From contig ADNK01003286.1 of NCBI GenBank assembly GCA_000320545.1, forward strand, positions 59,867 through 123,866: a stretch of 64,000 nucleotides of DNA. The letters are read 5' to 3'. Origin of the DNA: Bigelowiella natans CCMP2755. Taxonomy: Eukaryota > Protista > Cercozoa. Positions within the stretch are counted from its first letter, which is position 1, and every line of letters starts with the position of its first letter. The position numbers and the translations under genes were made by a program. Positions 57,591-64,000 of the stretch are shown one piece after another. The notes beneath the pieces are model-generated. The model was not told where the DNA came from. It saw only the letters and a list, made by a program, of their open reading frames with translations, and did no database searches.

Positions 57591-58318
57591 CGTGCTGTGT
57601 GGGGGCTAATGAGATGTGACCGATCAAGTCAGAATACTGTGTTATTATATTTTAGATATTTACCGCTGTATTATTTATCCAAAAAGTAATACATGTCCAG
57701 AAATCCGACCGTTCTGTTTCCAGCAGTCCTTCGCTATTAAATCCGAAGGAAGTTATTTTCCATCAAGAAATATGCCTAGAACAGGCAACAGATTCGGCAA
57801 CAATCTGTCACAGATTGCGCCACACGCATAATCCTTCCTCCAAAGCGATGAAAACCGATCAAAAAATCCCCCCCAAAACAATGGACCTTCAGACAGTGCC
57901 GGATAGTGATGACAAAAAAATAAGCAACATTGTTCCATATGTAGATATCTCTTCCTTCATTATGTCCTGGGATTTCATACTCGAGACATAGGCCACAAGA
58001 GTATTATTTTTTTCCAGAGATTCAAGGAGATCCTCGGAGAGAAGCGAGAGAATAATATACTTCCCAAGAATCGTAGTCGCCCTGCACCGTTAGGCCCTGC
58101 ACAGGACGAGCCGGTTAGTTCCAATATAGACCTACGAGGGAGGCACGAGGCAACTTATCACTAAAATTCGGGAAGAAATTTGTTCTTGCTGCAAATCGAA
58201 AATTTAGCAGCATTACCACAGCTAACCAATTGGTTGCAACCGCAGCAGTCATCAGCTCCGACCGTAACAAACTTACTCATCATCCGAGTAAAGTACTACC
58301 CCGTTGGGTAGCATAAAA

Positions 58319-58633
58319 ATGAATGGCATCTTCGAAGTCGTCGTTCATTTCTCCAAGTTCAAGAATATTGATCTCTTCCGCCAAGGGTATTTAAAAGTCA
58401 TTGTTGAGTGTTGACTTTAGTGGGTTATGTTTATGAGCTGCTCTCTCCTGCTGTGACTTATTAGACTTTATTGCATTCGAGCAACATTATACTCTGAGAA
58501 ACCTGAAGATGAGAAGCGCCTTCCAGTTGGAGAGGGAATGCCATACTACCTCCTAAACGAGAAAAAGGTTGTTTTCGTAGTGCGGAGACACAAACAGCAC
58601 TCGCAAGCATCATCCCATTGTTCCAAATCCAAA

Positions 58634-58684
<51 letters not shown>

Positions 58685-58867
58685 TTCATGAAAGAATCTC
58701 ACAGAACAAGAAAATAGTCTACGCTTCAAAGATATCCGACTCTCACCGCGCTTTTTACTCCAAAACATTTCGAGTCCAATATGTCGATCAAGAGGTAGAC
58801 CTCGAAGATGCGTGCTTATTCAGGTAGTAGTATTATGACTAACGGATTGTGTAGATGATGATTGAAC

Positions 58868-58898
<31 letters not shown>

Positions 58899-59095
58899 CC
58901 TAGTACCGACAATACCCGTTCACTGTCAAATAAATCACGATCCAATCACAGATTTGAAAGGAATGCAAAAGCTCGGTCAGACAATTGCTATCTGGCCCTA
59001 GAGCTTCTGTTCGCAGAGTGAGCCATTAATTATAATATTTATACTGCTATAATATGCTCGCACATCTTATTCTATCAGTTAGTAACTTATTACTG

Positions 59096-59160
<65 letters not shown>

Positions 59161-59952
59161 TGTGTGTGTGTGACTCTTAGATACAATTCCACGGATTATG
59201 CGATGAGGAAGGAATACCCCTCTCAAGAAGACTTTGAAATGGTGGAGTGCTTAATTAATAGATGATGATGATGATGATGATAATGATGGTGATGATGATG
59301 AGATAGTGATGATGATAAGAACAACGTGATATTATGATATGCCAACTCGGAACTTATCTACTTTGTTGAAAAGGAGGTTAAGATGTGTTATCTTGTTGTT
59401 GTTCTTCTTGTTGTTGTTGTTTTTCACAGGTTTCTTTAAAGTGGCTCACAATTAACAAGTTCAAAGCTGGTCATGGCAGTGGGTAGTACTCATCATCATC
59501 ATCATCATCATCATCATTATCATCACATCCATCTACTGGTGCTGCTGCTGCTGCTGCTGATTGACACAAAGTTGTGAAAGTTGTTATAAATTATACGTAA
59601 CACTTCTAGGTTTTATCCTTCAACATTCGATGATTCTCATTTCTGCTTGTTGGACGTAATGATACACTTCATGCTCATCGACTACCAGTTCAGACAGACG
59701 ACTCTTACTGTAAGTAGTAGATACTACCAAACAACGATTATGTATGCACCATCTTGAATCCACACTACTCTATGGCCAAATAGCATCCATCCTTCTCTTT
59801 TTATTTCCTACTGTTATACTTTATTTTGTTCCATGTGACTAGTACTCATGTTGTTGTTGATTCAATAAATTACAGTGGAGGCCTCCTCCAGGGAGTGGTA
59901 AAACTCAAGTATACGAGCTAACTTGCAAGGTATTAGTAACTAGACTAGATTT

Positions 59953-59990
<38 letters not shown>

Positions 59991-60791
59991 CGTCGTCATC
60001 ATCATCATCATCATCATCATCACTATCATCGTCATCATCATCACCACCATCCTCTTCTTCTTACTCCGTGATAGACCTTCGAGCACTCCCTATTTCCTAA
60101 AAATCTTATCAAAGCAACCGGAAATGCATACAGTGAGCGAGAGGTAGTAGTAATAATAATAACAATAAGAAGATGATGAAGAAGGGGTATTCCTTTATCT
60201 GCTGGAGAATGAATTATATGACTCAGCTACTCACCTTTCCACTTCTTCCTCGTCATCATCTTCATCTTCTTCTTCATCTTCATCATCATCATCCTCTTCA
60301 TCCTCTTCATCATCATCATCTTCATCATCATCTTAATCTTCATCGCCAGGTACGTTCAATCGCAGATAAGCACCATCTTAACTACATCACTCGTTTGATC
60401 TCTGCTTACAATTCCTTGGGTCGTGTAGCTGACGGGGTACTATTTGCAGTAGTACTACTAGTAGTTGTTGTTGTTGTTGTTGTTGTTGTTGTCTGTTGTC
60501 TGTTGTTGCTGATGGATCGTGATCTTGAAGGTGATACTTCTCCTTCCATCATCAAACTACCACCACCCTTTCATATATATTATTATTGATATTATTATTA
60601 TTATTATTGCTGCTGTTGTAATTTGTTGTTGTTCATCAGTTGGACCCATCGGCAATATCTCCACTAGAAGTTCCCAAGCAGATGCTGAGAGAGAAAACTC
60701 CCCCAACCCCCCCCTCTCCAAAGACGCAAGCACCGACCACTCCTTCGAAAGAGAACGAGGAGGGGGCGAGAACGGACGGTAAAGATAGTAA

Positions 60792-60823
<32 letters not shown>

Positions 60824-62049
60824 TTAGTGGTAATAGTAGTAGTAATAAGAGTACTGCTACGAACCATAACGCAATTACAGGAGCACAGTCCCAGGCCAAA
60901 GCAAGTAGTGGTGGAGGAGGAGGAGGGGGGGGAGACGCAAAGAAACGATCAAAGCCTCTTCCTCCACTCAAAGCAGCAAAGAAAAGGTTGATGATGATGA
61001 TGATGATGATGATGATAACAAAACCAATGACACGGCAATAGTGTCAATTTGATATGAGTAGTATTGTATATATCATAACCCATGGTGTTGATGATCATCA
61101 AAATTAATATATTAGTAAAATTAGCAGTGATACGTTCTCTTCTCTATCTACTTTGTGCTGCAAACTTACTTACTTACTTACCGCTCACTGCAGATTTGCT
61201 TTCCCTTCCTTATCACGTTTCTCCAAACGCATCTTATGGGATGATGACCCGAAAGCAGCATCGAGCAAAAAAGTACCAGTAGTAGTTGTTGTAGTGGTAG
61301 TAGTAGTTGTAATGGTGGTAAAATACTGCTTGCTCCTGCGTTGTTGTATATATTTCTCAATATGCATCTTTAGCATGACGTGTACGTTCGTATATCGAAA
61401 TGCCTTTCCTTACTCTCCATGTGCCCCATTTCATCGATGATGATGATGGTGGTGATGATAATCAGGTATGTGCTGATGTAACGTTGATGCTCACCAGAGA
61501 CATTAAGGCTATTGCAGAACAGGTAGTAGTAGTAGTAGTACCAGCAATGCTCCTTGATCGATGAGTATATGTTGTATATTTTATTAATAGTGATGATGAT
61601 AATAATAATTATCTCGATTGATGGTCATCACAGGGCAGCAATCAGCGAGCATGATATCACTTTTTGGTTGTAACAAATGTTGTTGTTGTTTATAGTATTA
61701 TTGTGTTTGTGCATTGATTCGTATAGAATTTCCAGCTTTGGAACACGTTCATTCGCCTCATCCCTTCCAAAACCTCCCAGATTCGCAAGTCTTTATGTGT
61801 AAGTATAACAGCGTTGTGTGCAATATGACAGGATCAGATGTGTTATCATGTTGCTGCTTTGGAACATAACACTTGTTCGTCTCATCATCATCATCATCAT
61901 CGTCGTCTTGATCATTTTCCTTTTCCGTATATAACATAATGTGTCATACGATGGTGCGCACCACCTCTTAGAAACAATACATCGAGCTTCTGCACGAGAG
62001 GGTGACATGCTTTGTATTCCGTGAAAAGTTTGCCCACAAAGACAGGTAC

Positions 62050-62082
<33 letters not shown>

Positions 62083-62402
62083 CAAAGTTGTAAATAGTAG
62101 GAATAATAATTACGGTAATGATAAATATGTGTGGTAATTATAAGGTGGAGGTGTGCCCCGAAGGACTTGTTCGCACAGCACAATCGACAAGCTCTTCAAG
62201 TCAGAAGGGCATGGGGGCAGGTAGTAGTAGTAGTAGTAGTAGTAGTAGTTGTGAATTTATATATTACTAGTGATTCATACCACCACCAAGAATGGATGAT
62301 GATGCATAAGATATTGCCCTCTCCCCCTCCCTCCTTCCCTTTGCATATTGAGGAGGAGGCATGATAAGGCAATTCACTCACACTATAAGTTTCTTAAACT
62401 AG

Positions 62403-62437
<35 letters not shown>

Positions 62438-62647
62438 GAGAAGAAACAACTGAAGTCCTCCTCCTTATAACGATAACACATTGATGATTGCTCACTCTCT
62501 CCTCCTCCTCCTTCTCCTCCTCCTACCCCCCCTCTTACTTGTGATGATAATACAGGCAACAATGGCTAAGTTAGTGCTAGAAGATCCCGACATCTTCCCA
62601 AATCCTAGTGATCATGGTACAAACTGCTACTTCTATATGTATCAATT

Positions 62648-62689
<42 letters not shown>

Positions 62690-62900
62690 CTACGAATACT
62701 ACTACTACTACTATTACTCCTACTACTTTTTTGTCTTTACTTAAAATGAAAACATCATCATCATCATCGTCGTTATCAACAACCAATCAGTCGTGTTGTT
62801 TGAGGAATCTTTCGAGCAATTCAATCCCAACAACGAATATAAAGGGGTGGGTACTACTACAGGCATAATAATAATAATAGTGATAATAGTCACCATTTTA

Positions 62901-62959
<59 letters not shown>

Positions 62960-62973
62960 CATCAGATAGATAT

Positions 62974-63006
<33 letters not shown>

Positions 63007-64000
63007 TATCACAATTTGTCAATTATATCCTCATCACGGCATTCACATCGATGAAGAAGAACATGATAATGATGATGATGACTTCGTTGTATTAACTGCT
63101 TTTATTATTCTTTTCAACATCGTTTCACAGACAATGACGTCATCAATCTCGATATCAAAAAACCATTTCTCCCCGTCGGTGAAGGACAGGCCACCCTCTT
63201 CATCAGCCGCTAGCAAGTTTCGAGCCGAAACTGATCCAACATCTGCATGGGGGCGACGCACAGAAGCAAAAAGGGGGGGGGGAGAAGAAGAAGAAGAGGG
63301 AGAAAGATCTAAGGGGCCACTGTACCGTAACAACTTACTTACTAAATCTAACCAGTAGTTGTGTGATAATGATGATGATGATGATGATGATGATGACGAT
63401 GATATTAGGCCTTCTCGCTCTAGTTCCAATGTGAGCAATAGCAGCATCAACGGAGGAAGTGCTCGCCATCACACAAAACGCAATTCTCTCGGTAGCTAAC
63501 TGTAATCAATATTAAGGAGATGACCGGGGGCATTAATGGTCTCTCACTACTTCATTTCCAAATTATGAGCTCATTATAATCCTAACCCTATTATTATTAC
63601 TCTGGATATCGTTTGTGTTGGCTGCTTGGGGTGCTGTAATATTCAATTGAAAACAACATCGTCGTCGTCGTTTCTACTACATCATTGTCGAGAAGAGGAT
63701 GATCCTTTCTTTGCGCCCAATACTACTACTACTACTAATATCAGCAGTAGTGCCTGTATGATGATGATAATGATATATGCACGATGTGTTCTCGTCATCG
63801 TCGTCAGTATTGCGTGTTGTAGTACAGCAAAGATTTTTATCATTATTATTATGATGATGATTATTGTGCATGCATCTCCCATTAACGATACTCTTCTTCT
63901 CCATCGTGTACGTTGTGGTGTTGGTTGGTTGGCGGTGTACGTACAGGCATGGCGGATTTGGCAGAAGAAGATGGAGAAGATGGAGAGGGGGGGGCAGCCA
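58319..64000 (+). CDS. FAM135-like protein (DUF3657 region), 5' part; continues beyond window
   Basis: MNGIFEVVVHFSKFKNIDLFRQG|LYCIRATL, FYSKTFRVQYVDQEVDLEDACLFR, FYPSTFDDSHFCLLDVMIHF, LTRDIKAIAEQ..FQLWNTF. Confidence 0.8.

Noticed and set aside
59930-60073. Intron-closing hairpins formed by paired microsatellites
   Set aside because: The (GTA)n and (CAT)n arrays here are not complementary; no consistent pairing across introns.

Overview
Eukaryotic (protist-like) nuclear DNA. It is gene-dense, with many short GT-AG introns packed with microsatellites. Supported genes: an OCRL/INPP5B-like 5-phosphatase (3' part), an SDR oxidoreductase, a large unknown protein, GAPDH, a small FYVE protein, a standalone Pol I-type 5'-3' exonuclease, a coiled-coil protein, an ankyrin protein, an OTU1-like deubiquitinase, CFAP46, a cyclophilin and a FAM135-like gene (5' part). 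There is also a decayed LINE and several of its 3'-end fragments. The strongest signal is a sequence-specific mutational process. In the LINE (about 2 kb) the TpA dinucleotide is almost completely gone except inside CTAG, apparently replaced by TpG/CpA, while CpG is retained. Conserved RT tyrosines read His/Cys. Weaker TA-poor, CTAG-rich zones lie downstream of every gene 3' end in the window and are not seen at divergent promoters. This suggests a targeted TpA>TpG/CpA hypermutation or base-modification system, a 'reverse-RIP' analogue. All exon structures and counts were read by eye.
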